The notes below the pieces were generated by a model. That model was given only the letters and a program-made list of their open reading frames with translations. It was not told the DNA's origin and ran no database searches. From Iphione sp. A-MEVVRFRX5 (Eukaryota): DNA of 64,000 bases. The stretch is taken from contig OZ320313.1 in the NCBI GenBank assembly GCA_976226885.1, forward strand, positions 159,774,001 to 159,838,000, read 5' to 3'. Shown in pieces: positions 51,374 to 64,000 of this stretch. Position numbers and translations under genes: made by a program. Positions within the stretch are counted from its first letter, which is position 1. Each line of letters begins with the position of its first letter.

Positions 51374-54300
51374 CCACCAGCCATTATGGTCCGATGCAAC
51401 CTGGATGGTAAACGCTCAGTGCTCAACTGCTTTCTTTATTGCACTCCGGCGGTACTGTTGGTGTAAATAATCAGATAAAACAAACATGTTGTGGAAACCA
51501 ATATGTCTATAAATCATCATTTTCAACATGTTGTCTGACAGATACTGGCACGTGGAGAAGTCTATAACAAGGACCGACGGTGATAGACCACATTTTCCTG
51601 GCACGCTAATTTTTTAAGCCCAGATATTACACGTCATATATAGAATGTATGCCAAAACATTCCTTGGACGTTTGTGATTACAATCTAGAGAATAAAAATT
51701 CCAAAACAGAATGGACGTCAAACTCAATAAAGTCTAAATGGACAAGGCTGTGGTCCGCATGTGATCCACAGTATTAGCTGGAATGAAACAGGCAAGGATG
51801 GAGAAAACATCTTACATATAATGCACCTTGGATGCATGCTTTTCACTGCCGCGGCTTAAAAGGGATATTGCAGGTGGAATATAGCAACACTAGGGGAGTC
51901 GGCGCGTGAGGACGCAAGTCGGGCGAGGTTAGGGAGCTTAGGCACCGAGCTGTCAGCGACCCTGACACATTATCACTGATTGATCAGAAGTTGTGTCTAT
52001 GCAGTTCATTTGGCGCAGTAAACTGGATAGGGGACATCTTGGCTTTCGCCATATAGACGATTTATATTTCGAGCCGTGCCGAATGGGCGTATGTTCAATA
52101 CAAGGCGGGTTTTCCTACAAAACGTATTTTTTCCATTTGTAATCGCCATACGATATTATGCTCGGCAACATGACAGAGGATGCCCCACCTCGTCAATGAA
52201 GCCGTATTATGAGAATAGCGCCCCCCTCCCCTGTTGATTACTGCTGAAATATATTCGACCTTTCGATATCGGTTATTAGATAATGCAGTGTTATCGACCG
52301 ACGACTGACGTGAAGCTGTCATGTCGGCGTGGCTGATCATTGCAAATCAACTCCCCGTAGACAGCATCAGCAGCACATGTGGAGTCTTCACCAGGAGGAA
52401 GACCTGATGAGAGAGTCTGGCCGACTTCTCAGTTAAGGTGTGAGGTAAAAGACCCATTGTATGCGTAGTGGTGTATGCCATCCATCACCAGGAGGCAGTC
52501 TCCGTACCCTGTGCCGTATTGGCGCCCTCCCCCCGCCCCCCACTATCACCGTATCTGCACACTGAGCAGGTTGCGGGCACGCTGGTGGCTGCATTAGCTA
52601 GCTTAGAACCCGCTCCTTCTACCGACCTTCAAACGGACCTGGCGGCGTTGATTTATGTGTCTCAGACGGGCGGCGCGTAGTATCGGGTAAAGATGTCCCG
52701 CCTTTTTGTCGGCCAGGCTGATTCATTACAAATCTCACGTCCCGACCACTCTCTCTCCCAACGGCAACCTCTTAAACAGGGCGCCTTGTTATTGTCGAAC
52801 GGGTCCGCAGAGTGAAACCACACTGCTGTCACTATGCAATGACTTCCCGCTTTCCATAGTGTTGACCTCTGGCCCACGGCTCGCCCCCGACTTCCTCTTT
52901 CAGTGGCCTTTAGAGGCCTGGCCCTTCCTCCCGCGATCCATTTAACACCTGTGTGGCCGCCACAATCAGATCTAGATCCCTATCATTTCGGGCAGCGAGA
53001 TCCTATTCACAGGCATAATCCAGTCTCGGCAGCACCTGCCAAGTGAAAAATCCCCACTGATGGGTCTTGCATTGTATAGCTTCGTGTACAGACATGTAGG
53101 GCATTTCCTACAGTAGCAAGGCCCGACTGCATAATCTTCGTCTTTTGTAAATGTCGAATGGAGCAAGCCGAAAATATGAACACTTTCGCGTTACATTTAG
53201 AAATTAGACTAGACGCTTCATGCAGAGAGAGGAGAAAAAAAGAGATTCCTTTATGTGGGGAGGCTTCTACAGTATAGAGCAATAGAACCACCGAAGCGGC
53301 GGCCAGCTGTATGGATTTGACACATGATTTCCCCTGTCTAGCTTCCGGCGCCTGTGGACAGAAAGGATTAGTCTTCGTCAGGCAAGCAGACGGCCGTAGC
53401 CGCCCGAATCGCATTGGTTTTTGTCTGGCCGGCACTCGCCACACCGACTTTCCCCACTCATCTGACCGCTATATTCCACGTAGCCCTTCGCCGCGAGCCA
53501 GGAGCGAGGAGGACTCAATCGGGTTGTGGGTTGGGATCTGCGCGCTGTCCAAGGATCCCGTCCGAGCAGCGGACTCAACTCCCAGAGTCAGCGGCTGTGT
53601 CAACACTCAAAGGCCAAACTCGACGCCCCCGCCGCTAGAAGCACGAAGCCTGCCGTATCCTGACGCCTTCAGTCAGCGCCCAGCGTGGCAGCGTCAAAGA
53701 ATGCGCAGCAGAGGGACTAAAAATGCCTCTTAGCCGGGGGGCAATTATTTGGTGCTGTCTGAATAACACTACGCCACCGGTTTAATCAAGGCCCGAATGG
53801 GACTGTAGCTACTCCAGAGCGACTCAAGATTGCGATATAATAGGAGAGTTCAGCAACCTTAATCATGGAAGCAGCTTCCCTTGTCACTATCCCCGGTTTC
53901 ATCTCCCCAAGCCCATTTACTTGGCCAGCATCTGGATCTGACAGTGCCCGCCACAGGCCACCCATCTCCTGCAGGATGGGATCATGGCAGCTCCCTTCCC
54001 ACAGCCTGATGGCTGTATCCGTATTTGCTTCTTCTATTACAGGATCGGCTCACGGCCTATCTCCGAAAGCGAATCGTTCGAGGCACGGGGGTCCTTTCCA
54101 TTATACACCCTCACATATAGCATGAGTATAGATATATTACCAGAAAAAAATGAAATACTTCATATCTTGCCTTCCCTGGATAAGATACTTAAGTCGCAGA
54201 ACGGAGCAGCAGTTTCTAACTACGAATAGAAAAATGCAGCGGGCGACCTAATGGTTCAGTATTTGTCTAGCAGACAACACTCGAGTTTCTTTCATTAACT

Positions 54301-57300
54301 TTTGCATTACAATGATGGAAAATCATCAGCATTGACGTTTGTGCACTATATTGTGATGTTTATCATTCAAACCGTTTGCATGACTAATATCAAAGCGTTA
54401 AAAGGAGGCAGCGCGCCACAGATGCAAAAGAGCAAAATCATAAAGCTGGTTAGATGGATCTTGTTTCTTTCAAGCTTTATGTCGGGCGTTGTATGTTGAA
54501 TGTGGCTCTCGTAAAATGGCCTGCTTCAATATTGACAGAATCCCTGTATGCATCAGGAACTTGCTTTCAATACTCCGTACCCATCCTCAGTCTGAACAGC
54601 CCAAGCCTCACATGTCTCTGATCACAGAGCAATGCTAGAGGCAGGCACACGATTAATGTGGCTTTCCCCATCAGGGTTGCTTAATGAAATATTCATGTTT
54701 GATGCGCGGGCCATAATAATTAGCGAGTTTTAATGGATTGTCTTGTAGGCACCTCTGTCATTGGCAACGAGCGGATTGGAAATGCCGCGGCCTGCCAAAG
54801 TGGTCCCCGTCGGGTAAGATGAAGCCAATATGGGTTTGTCTGTAATGATGCAACAAACTAATCTGCCCCGACCCAGTCGCCAGGCACAGGTAGTTGAACT
54901 GGAAACACCATATTGCGGTCAGCCGTAAAAAAAACACTGACAAAAAAGGTAATTCTAGGGTAAGAAATGTGGACGTGAAAATCAAAAGAAAGCTTCTGAT
55001 TCGGCTAGAATACACAACAGGCAAAAAATATCGGCCTCCCATTTTTCTATCGACATAAGCACCCGTGCCAGGATGACAAAAATAATAGCGATATTGTTTA
55101 TGGTGATGCAGTTGAAAGCCTTTGTTTAACAGCCGGATGGGAAAGAAAATATGCATTGGATGCAGAGCTTTTTTCCCACTAGAACATTTAGTGTTTTCCC
55201 CCATGGAAATAAGCCTGACTGTGGAATTTAAAATCAGACATGAATAGGCCTGTGACAGCGGCATACGAATAATGTAAATAACCAAAATACATTTGCACCC
55301 TGGTTAAAGGCCCAATCCATTCTTACCATTGATTTTCACGGATACAGCTTTACGTCTCTATGGCAGTCCCTACTGTCACAACTTTGAATAGAACCCAACT
55401 GTCACGTTCACTGACAGCAACAGCATTCCTTCAACATGCCATTCGACTATTTTCAAATCAATACAGAGGAACCTACAGCACGACTCGTTCATAGCTACTT
55501 TTCTAGGGTTTATTGATCGTGTGCTAATGTCTGTCTGTGCGGGAACATTTGCTCAGAAACCTGATCCATATATTCCATTTCTAATTGATTCGCGGCTAGG
55601 GTGGCCCGGCTTCGATTTGCTGAGAGTTTTGGACGGGTGTAGAACATTAGGCTAAAAGAAGCTGGGAGAGGCCCTTGAGGATATTTTATATAGACCCTAA
55701 CACGGCCGGAGAAGTGTTTCCTTATGGTTGGCAACAAGAGAGAGGGTCAACTAGGGAGCAGGGACATGTTTACTAAGAGGTTTGTAAGGTTATTACAACC
55801 TCTTGACCACCATGCGCCTAGGCAAGTGGTATGCGGGACGAGCCTATTTGGAGGAGGTGGTATGTGCGCACAGTGCATGGAGAACCCACAGAAGAGTGTT
55901 GCTCCTTGGAGACTCTTACACCCTAGCTCGAGGCACGGGGGAGCCTTCCTGACACGGAAACCCACTCTTCCAGGGGGACTGACGCACAAAACACAGCCCC
56001 AAACATGCCGAAGGAAGGGGCATCTGAGCAGGCAAGTACACAGCGCAATTGCCCACGCCACTAGGGGGTACACCATCCGTCAGGGTGCGGCTCAAAGACA
56101 CGGAACGCCACTTGGAAATGTATCAATCGCAGTGCCGATTTGCAAGTGAGAGTTGACAGCCGAGACACCTACAATAATGAGGTTCACTTTCTGGCGACAC
56201 GTTCGGTCGTGTGTTCCTCAGGCAATCCTTCAGGTGTTAATCCTCGATATCAGAACTGGAGCTTGCCTGATAAAAGTACGTAGATAACCATCTAAATACA
56301 TTCGACCCATGCGATATACAATCACGTGGAACGTTTTTACATTTATGCAGATATAAATGAATGAAACGTGGCTAGTACTTTCCTCACTGTGGGCTACCAT
56401 TTATGGAGACATGTATAGGTTATTTCACCGATGTGCTCATGTTTTCAAGGTAATATCGTCCCAGCCGCGAAAGCTCATATTCCAAGCTGCTGTTGTTGAA
56501 AAAAAATAACTGGGACCTCGACGTTTAATATGTTTTTTTTTCTTCAGACAAGCAGCAATACATTCATGTTGATCACCAAATGTCAAACACCGACTGCTCC
56601 TCCTTGCTTAGAATGGGTTTGCGAAGCGAATTAGCTTATACAGGCGGTCATGTAAGTAAGCGAATAATGGGGTTTCGTAAGACGAATTGGTAAATGAAGA
56701 GTTGAAGAGAAATCGGAACAAATTCGATTTAGCACTTCAATCCTGTGTTGGCGGCTCATTACGAGAGGCAATCAGTGAAATACGGTGGTCTAATTGCCAA
56801 TAAGTCCAAAATTGGTCTCCGTCAGCAGAGGGAGGCAGAGCAACGTGGAAAGCAAGGTGTTCTTCTGTCCCCCGGCCAAAATTAGAGATGAGGAACGTGA
56901 GCAACTAAGACAAATGCGAATGGTCACCACTGTGAGTCTTTTAATTGATCGAGTATAAATATCTTATAGATAATTCGAATAGCCTACAGCCATGATTGCG
57001 TAGAGCTGAACAATAAGAATAGTATTTGTTAACCATTTATGGTAGCGAGCTGAATGATAATTCAAAAGATAAACATTAACGCAGACAAAAATTCTGTCTT
57101 CAACGAAAGGTTCACGAGACGAACGGTGCATGGATTGTGCTGGCCCTACCAAGGAGGTGGCTGCCCAGTCCAAATGTAATCTGGCCATTTGTGAAATGAG
57201 CCCTTGCACCACACCGTCCGTGTCCGCCTCACACTCGACTGGCTAGTGATGTCATTGCAGCTGTGTCCTCTCCATTGCTCATCTCACTCTTGCCTACAGT

Positions 57301-58264
57301 CTGGCTACAATGGCTACGCTCGTCGGCGATGAGTTGCTCATCGTAACAGGTCTCTACCCCTTGGAACATTCCTTACGCCTGCAACACTACATAGAAATCA
57401 CGATTCTCTGCTATTCACAAGGGCAGTCAGTTGCTTCGCACGCACAGATATACAAGGTGCACGAATATAAGAATATAGTGCACGTGATGAATGTGTTCTA
57501 TGTCAGCGTTACATTACATGAATAAAATGCTCATGATCTATACATCGAATCATATTTCAATGATATTGTGTAACATATTAAGTACATACACCCCATTTAC
57601 ATCGCATGATGCCTCGAGACTTTCCCAGAGATGTTACACAAGTTACATACTTAGGAGCCTTGGTTACGTGGGTGTATCTTATTACGCTTGCATTTATGTC
57701 TCTGATGGATTGTCAAATAACAGCAGGACCATGACTGCAGTTAGACGTGGTCTTCTATGTTCAAACTACAGTGTGCTTTATACTGCTTGAATGACAGTAA
57801 ACATTTCGGACGTCACATTGCAGAGATTTGTTTGGCTTTCTTCAGTAGAAATGTCAAATTGCGTTTGGTATGGAAAAGGATTTCAACATGCATAGGGATG
57901 ACTGTGAAGGTGAATAACTGAAAAACATTAATGCATAATCCATTTGAGGACCCATGCTCATCCGTTACGCCCAGGTTTTGGCTCGCTGGATCTATGTTAC
58001 AGGAAGTAAGGCCTAGGGAATCAATGGTTCTGGGTTTTCTGTGGGAGGCTGCCTACCGTAGATGAACCCAGCTTTTAACTCTGCAAGAAGAGCATGATAT
58101 ATAGATAGCTATGAAGATGCACGACTGCACCTAGGAAAATAAATGTCATGGAAATCAGAAGGAAATCGGTTAGAAGAATTTAGATCTGCCACCGAGAAAC
58201 CTCAAACCCATGACGACGCGCCAAGTGGCAATATCAAGCACCTCTGCTTGTCTGCTCTAGTTTT

Positions 58265-58390
58265 GACTACTGTTGCTGCTGATCACTAGTTTTACTGCTA
58301 TTGCTGCTGCTGCTGTTGACGCTTCAGCCCTGACTGCTGTTGCTACATCGCTCCTGCTGTTACTGCTGCTGTGCCTACTGCTGCTGCATG
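58265..58390. repeat. Degenerate (CTG/GCT)n low-complexity tract
   Basis: Seen directly; it explains the Leu/Ala/Cys-rich ORFs. Confidence 0.8.
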
Positions 58391-61069
58391 GCACGATCCA
58401 GGCAGGATTGCGGCCGTCTCCCACGGTGGTACGGGGAGGATGGTGGTGGATATTGTGGCGGTTTCACACTGGCAGGCTCATGGTGGCCAGTCATCTTTCA
58501 CGCCCACATGCGAATCGGACGTCGAATCCAATGAGAACCCTACACCGATGTCCGGCCTCATTCAATACACCTTGGCTGACCACCTGATGCGCTCAATATA
58601 GATTCGAGACCCCCCTCCTCTTGATGCCGTGAAATAGACTGCTGGGGTAAAAGCTGGACCGGGCAAGTGGGTGCTGGTGTTAGGGTGGTTTGTCGAGAGT
58701 GATGGTACTGGCTAGAATAGAACAACATGGGCAGCCAACACTGGTTAAATTGGTGTGCGTGCCGTTGTATCCTCTTAAGCTGGAGAGCGGCCTGCCTTTG
58801 AGCTACCACTGGACAACAATGGCCGCGCCCTGCCCTCAAACGGCTCGTTGAATGACAGCGGGGCCTAAAGACAAGCAATACATTCCAATAAACCCTACGT
58901 GGTCTGCAGGGCCGAGGCCGCCTGTCACTGACGTGCCGCCCACGCATCAGGAACACCCTGCTGCCCGGTAGAAGGCCGTCACGTTCAATCTAAATCGCCC
59001 GTGGCAACACGGTATGTATGCACCTACGCCATCACCCTCCTGCTTCTCCTCCTCCGCCCTCCCTCCTCCGCTCTCCTCCAACTTGCTCCCCCCTCGGGGT
59101 TCCCCTATCACATCGTTTCTCCTTCCTGTCTCTAAAGCCCATGATAGAAAGAATTCGATGGGTTTGTGGGTGATGTTTACATCAGCCATTAAGCTGCTTT
59201 TCTTTTAGTGACTAGTGCAATTAAGTCGAGCACCCATAGAACGAATCAATTTGTCCAGATGAATAATGCAAAGACTGCCGTGGAGCCAGAAACGGCTCCT
59301 GGAGGTGTACGGGTTTTAAGACTACTTATCATCTAAGACAAGATGACAATTTGCTTATGTGATCCAGGCGCCCTGTTTGTAATGCACCGGGCGTCGTTCT
59401 GCACACGACTGGGAGGATTCTCCATTAAGATATTGATAATACAGCCCCGTCATCCTTCCGCATCCTTGGCTCTGGAACATATCTTTTGTCTGCATCAATA
59501 TCAGTCGCCTGCTGGAGCCTGGACAAGCCCTGAGAGGAGAGACCAGCGGTGCTGGCCGGGCCTCGGACAGCAAGCCACTCATTTGTCATTTTATACGGGC
59601 TTCCTTGGGAACCAACTCGGAAAGCGGCCATCTCCACCACAGGGACACTGACAACAGTGCAGTCCCCATGCCTGACAATGCTGTGGCGGCCGCCTGCCGA
59701 TGGCCGAATGGTTATCATTCCTTTGGGGGGTGGCTATATGGTCCTGTCAGGATGTATTGACGGACACTGCTCGTACATGTTTCATCCGCAAGTCCTGACC
59801 AGATTGATAAGCCGTTGATAAGGCGTCCGTCCTAATGGCGCGGCTTGCGCTTTAGTCGCCCAGTCTGGACCACTCTGGTCATCCTCGTTCATACGTGAAG
59901 AAAATAAAATGAAAAATCTCTCGATATCGCTAATTAGCGATAAATCCAGATCTCCCCATAGCTTTGTCCTACGTTCCCCCTTTGAGACATCGCTGTTAAC
60001 AATGGTCGTTTCAGAACAGTCGCACAGCTTTCCCTGCCGTAAAACAGAGTAGTCCCGCCCACAGAAGGCACACTTTGATTCTATTTGAATTAATGAACGT
60101 GAAATGAGGCATTTCGGCCAGTCTCGAGTTCTCTCTTTCGATATTTTCAATTCTAAAAGGACTTGTTGAGATCTATTACCAAATAATCTACTGGTGCAAG
60201 GATTACATGCGCTTCTTATGCGAGCCCCAGCGAATTTTTATTCTGGCCGACAGACATCTAATGCTGATTGAATGTCGCAAAACTGTTTAGAGTGTCTAAT
60301 TGCAGATTCTCATCAACGTTAGAGTTGTACAGTGCTCTCCACCCGTCGCATTTAATATGCTAGTCGTTTCTAGCTGAAGATAAGCGAAAGTGAAGGAGCT
60401 GTGAGCAGGACCCCCCTGTTGGCAACCTCACAAATCAGACAAGAACAGTCATTAGTTTGATTACGTCCGCCACTAGTATTCACGGGGGAGACGACCAGTC
60501 CCGTCATTCTGATCTGTGCGCCTCTTTGAGGCATATCTAGCGCTACTCTTCCTTCGGACGGGCTCTGTTAGCGGAATTACTGTTCCGGTATACTGTCCAA
60601 CCATGACGCCGGCAGAGCGGAATGCCTACGTGGCCGGGCACACAGAGCGTAGTTATTTTCGATTTGATCATGGACTAATTAGGTGCGTCTAAAGCATCCG
60701 TTGATGAAAAGATATCGCCACTACCTTTCCCCTCAGGGAAGGCTTTATCGGAGGCAGCAGATGAACCTCCCCTTCCAAATAATAATTTGTTTTAGCTTAG
60801 AAAGGAGGCCTAAATTAGCACAATCGGGATCACGGGCATTATTGTGCTGGAAGACATTGGGTAAGCATCATTCTCGTCGCAAATGAACCGGAAATTCAAT
60901 CTACGTATCAAATTTAGCACCCAAGAAGACCGCCTGGGCACTTTTTTGTTTTAGTTATTTTCCTCTTGACATACGCGATGACTTATGATTATGAATGTTG
61001 TTAGTGAGAAGATGAAAAGCAAATTAGGATTTTTTTCCAAGCTCGGTTGTGTACCCATCAACACGCAGG

Positions 61070-61073
<4 letters not shown>

Positions 61074-61119
<46 letters not shown>
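61074..61119. repeat. (CA)23 microsatellite
   Basis: Perfect run. Confidence 0.97.
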
Positions 61120-61120
<1 letters not shown>

Positions 61121-64000
61121 GAACATGCGATTCATCACTATGACCAGCGTTCAGACTGTCTCATCTGGTCATATTAATAAATGCCACCCGCCAGGTTCTG
61201 CCTAAAGCAACTCCCTCATTGCTCACAAGGAGCGTTCAATCTCTGGCTGCATAGCACTGGTAGAGGGGCCGCTAAATGCCCACTGACAGCACGATTCGCT
61301 AATGTCATCAAAATCACTCCGCGAGATCGACAGAAGTCGGGACCACTTAGATTTCCCGAAGACCATTGATCACCACGCGGCCCCTATGATTATTTCCCCT
61401 AATATCGCTCGGCCGCTCTGCGCCAGTGCTACAGTGCGCAGAGAAAGCAGCCTCTGACGAGGCTTACCGATGTCCTTGAGTCTGTACAGCATGCACAGCA
61501 ATGGTGTTCGCCTCGCGGCTCGGGAACTCTGTTACACATACTCTCACGTCGGGCGCTGCCTACCGGAGTGTGTCGAGCAAACACGGCCAATATGAGTCTG
61601 CCACCGGTACCCAACAGACAGCCGCTTGCAGCCAATGGGCCTTAACATGTCTTTGCTAATGAAAATTACTGGAGCCAATAGGCAAATATTAGCAGCGGAT
61701 GAAGAATGGTTCGCTTTTGTCAGTGGGACTCTTTCTCCGAATGAGATGTATAACGAATATAGAGTATACATTTTTATCGGCATTCTCATTTCAAAATATA
61801 AAAAAAACATGCCTAAAACAACACGCACTGGGATGTTTTATATAAAGAAGAAAGAACTAAGTCAATAACGAAGATTTTTTTTTATCCTCTAGCTCGTTCA
61901 CCCATAACAATTCACCGAGCAGGGCATAGGCTAGTAATTAAACATGCAATGGATGTGAAACGCTGCGCTAAAATGCATGCAGTATCATGGCTGATATTAT
62001 CGTGATGACATGGTCTGGTAACGCAAGCCTTCCCATGGCTTGCAACCACTTCCCTCTCCAGTGCCGTCATAATACGAGCGCAGCAGGCAAAGGGGATCCA
62101 TACGCACGCCATGGCGAAATCAGGATCAGTCGCAGGCTAGCATAGATTAATCCTCCTGCACCATTAAAAGAGAGCCGTGCAAAATCATGCCGGCTGAAGT
62201 GAATCGGGACTGCGTAAAACGGTAAACTATGACCGGCTTTAACAACTCCTGGATGACTACTCCCACCCGTCCTTGGAGCCTGAAATCAACCCCTTTGAGT
62301 ACTTTCACGTCATTGCGACATCTCTGGCAAGTAACTGAATGGGGAGGGGGGGGGGTGGGGGCAGACCTGCTTAGCAACAGACACGTTCGGTTTCTTTTTC
62401 ATGTTTTGGCAAGTCTCATCCCATGTTTCAAAACGTTGCAGTGTTATCCAAAGGGAAGTAAATGTGCCCTCCAGGCTCTCCGTGCTCAGCGGCATGCTTT
62501 AACCCTATTACTAAATCATATATATATATATATATGCAGAGCAGCACAACCATCAAGAGAGCCCTGCAAAAGCGAAGATGTATGGCTCTGTCATTTCCTA
62601 ACAGTACTGTTATAAAGTGCATCTCTACATTTGAGATCTATTCAAGACTAGGATCTTTTCAAGTTTTAGATCATCTCTGAGCGTATATATGTATGTGTGG
62701 CTGTGTACATGACACGTTGGGAAACAGCTACGCCGATCTAAGACTAGTTACAACGTTGGTTATGGTAGTGGTCCTGCCAGGGCTTCTATTGAGCAGGGGC
62801 GAGTTGCAGCGAATCCATCCCAGCCTGGCCAGAGGTGTGTTTACATAACGAAAGAGACGCCCAGTTCTGTAGGCGCATGACATCTGCGCGGTGCAGATAA
62901 TAAGAAACACACACATTCACACACCAGCGAACACGCTCAGCCTCACACGTAAAGAGCAGCGGCCAACGCCACATTGCTTAACTTATCTGTGTCACGTCAA
63001 CCTGTGACGCTTCGCTAAGCGTTTATGAAAAACAATACTAAATTGATACCATATTTTCACATCCCAAATCAATAATGATTAGTCGTCAGTTCACATGCAC
63101 TCAAACCATTCAGTCACGCTCAGGGAGGTCAGGGTCAGATTTGATTGATTTGAGCGCCAGAAGATTCCTCAAAGTCTGATGGACAGCTGTAAATAGGGTC
63201 AGCATAACAGCAGTGGTGGTCCGTTCTCATAGGGTTCTACCTTAAAATGCCTTGGGGGATGGAAGAGAAAATGGATAACTACATGAGAATTACGTGAGTA
63301 CATGCATGGTAAAACTGAGAGATAGCAGACGTGTAAGTAGATATCCTCGAAAATAAACAATGTGGCAGACATGCAGAAGAAAAACAGACAGCGGAACCAT
63401 AAAAAAAAAGGAAAAGCATAACAGCGGAAATGCAGCAGGGAAGTAACAGTGTAGTGCGATAAGAAAAGCTTATGTATGTTGTTACAATATTATTATTCTT
63501 TTGCACTGATTAAAAACCCACCTACTAGTATCACATTCCCTGTGGCAACCGCCATGCGAGTAATATACCGAATGAAGCCTACGTTTTGGCAGGCAACCAT
63601 GTCATCACAGACGTTTTTGAGTTTTCAGGAAGGAAGTCATAACGATATTGATTCCGAAACCCTTTTAACGAATTACCTCACATTATATGTGCATACGGGA
63701 TCCCTCGTTGCACAGAATTCTCACTTTAAAAAAAGGACCTGCATGCCTGCCTAGATCCGTAAAAGCTTCCGTACAGACGAATCGTTGAGCACTAACATAG
63801 CGTTTACTTCAATTTTAACGTCTGATATGCTCAACATCTAATTTTGCCTCAGCAGGCAATAAATACCTTTGCTGAGGAGAGAGATGCGTGACGGTTAACG
63901 GCCCTGTTATCTTCATCTAAGATTGATGGCTCCCTGTCAAACGACTGAAAATGGGGTCGTCTGGAACACTGAAGCAATAGCTGACGTAAAACAGACGACC

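Noticed and set aside
52384-52430. Two hairpins bridged by CTGATGA (GTCTTC/GAAGAC and GAGAGTC/GACTTCTC), like a type III hammerhead
   Set aside because: There is no GAAA after stem II, no NUH triplet before stem I and no stem III.
53240-53320. Signal-peptide-like AAASVVLLLYTVEA on the minus strand
   Set aside because: No suitably placed in-frame ATG and no splice donor after it.
58558-58956. LINE-like phrases LKRIQRHA and EEGGL
   Set aside because: The two phrases point to different LINE clades and no reverse transcriptase core is visible.

Overview
This is animal genomic DNA from an invertebrate. The Ig sequence style suggests a lophotrochozoan, but that is an inference. The window is almost all intronic or intergenic, with no prokaryotic genes, rRNA, intact tRNA or CRISPR array. 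The one well-supported gene is a minus-strand IgLON/Lachesin/DIP-like (V-set Ig) cell-surface protein, of which three exons splice in frame: 27138-27070 (acidic Tyr/Asp microexon), 24697-24591 (first half of Ig1) and 6483-6279 (second half of Ig1). The two Ig halves are joined across an 18.1 kb non-canonical GC-AG intron. I did not find the signal-peptide exon or the downstream Ig exons, which probably lie outside the window. The rest is a mosaic of decayed mobile DNA: a tRNA-derived SINE, two copies of a TA-flanked Tigger/pogo-like MITE (one nested in a CACTA-like element), a Penelope-type end with a broken minimal hammerhead ribozyme, and probable hAT and Mutator-like/Kolobok transposase relics. 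Microsatellites and enhancer-like patches are also present. Almost all ORFs in the supplied track look spurious. I see no clear new multi-gene system; the best leads concern splicing of this gene (GC donor, UG tract, possible recursive/poison exon, symmetric microexon). All protein-family resemblances are from recalled motifs, not database searches.
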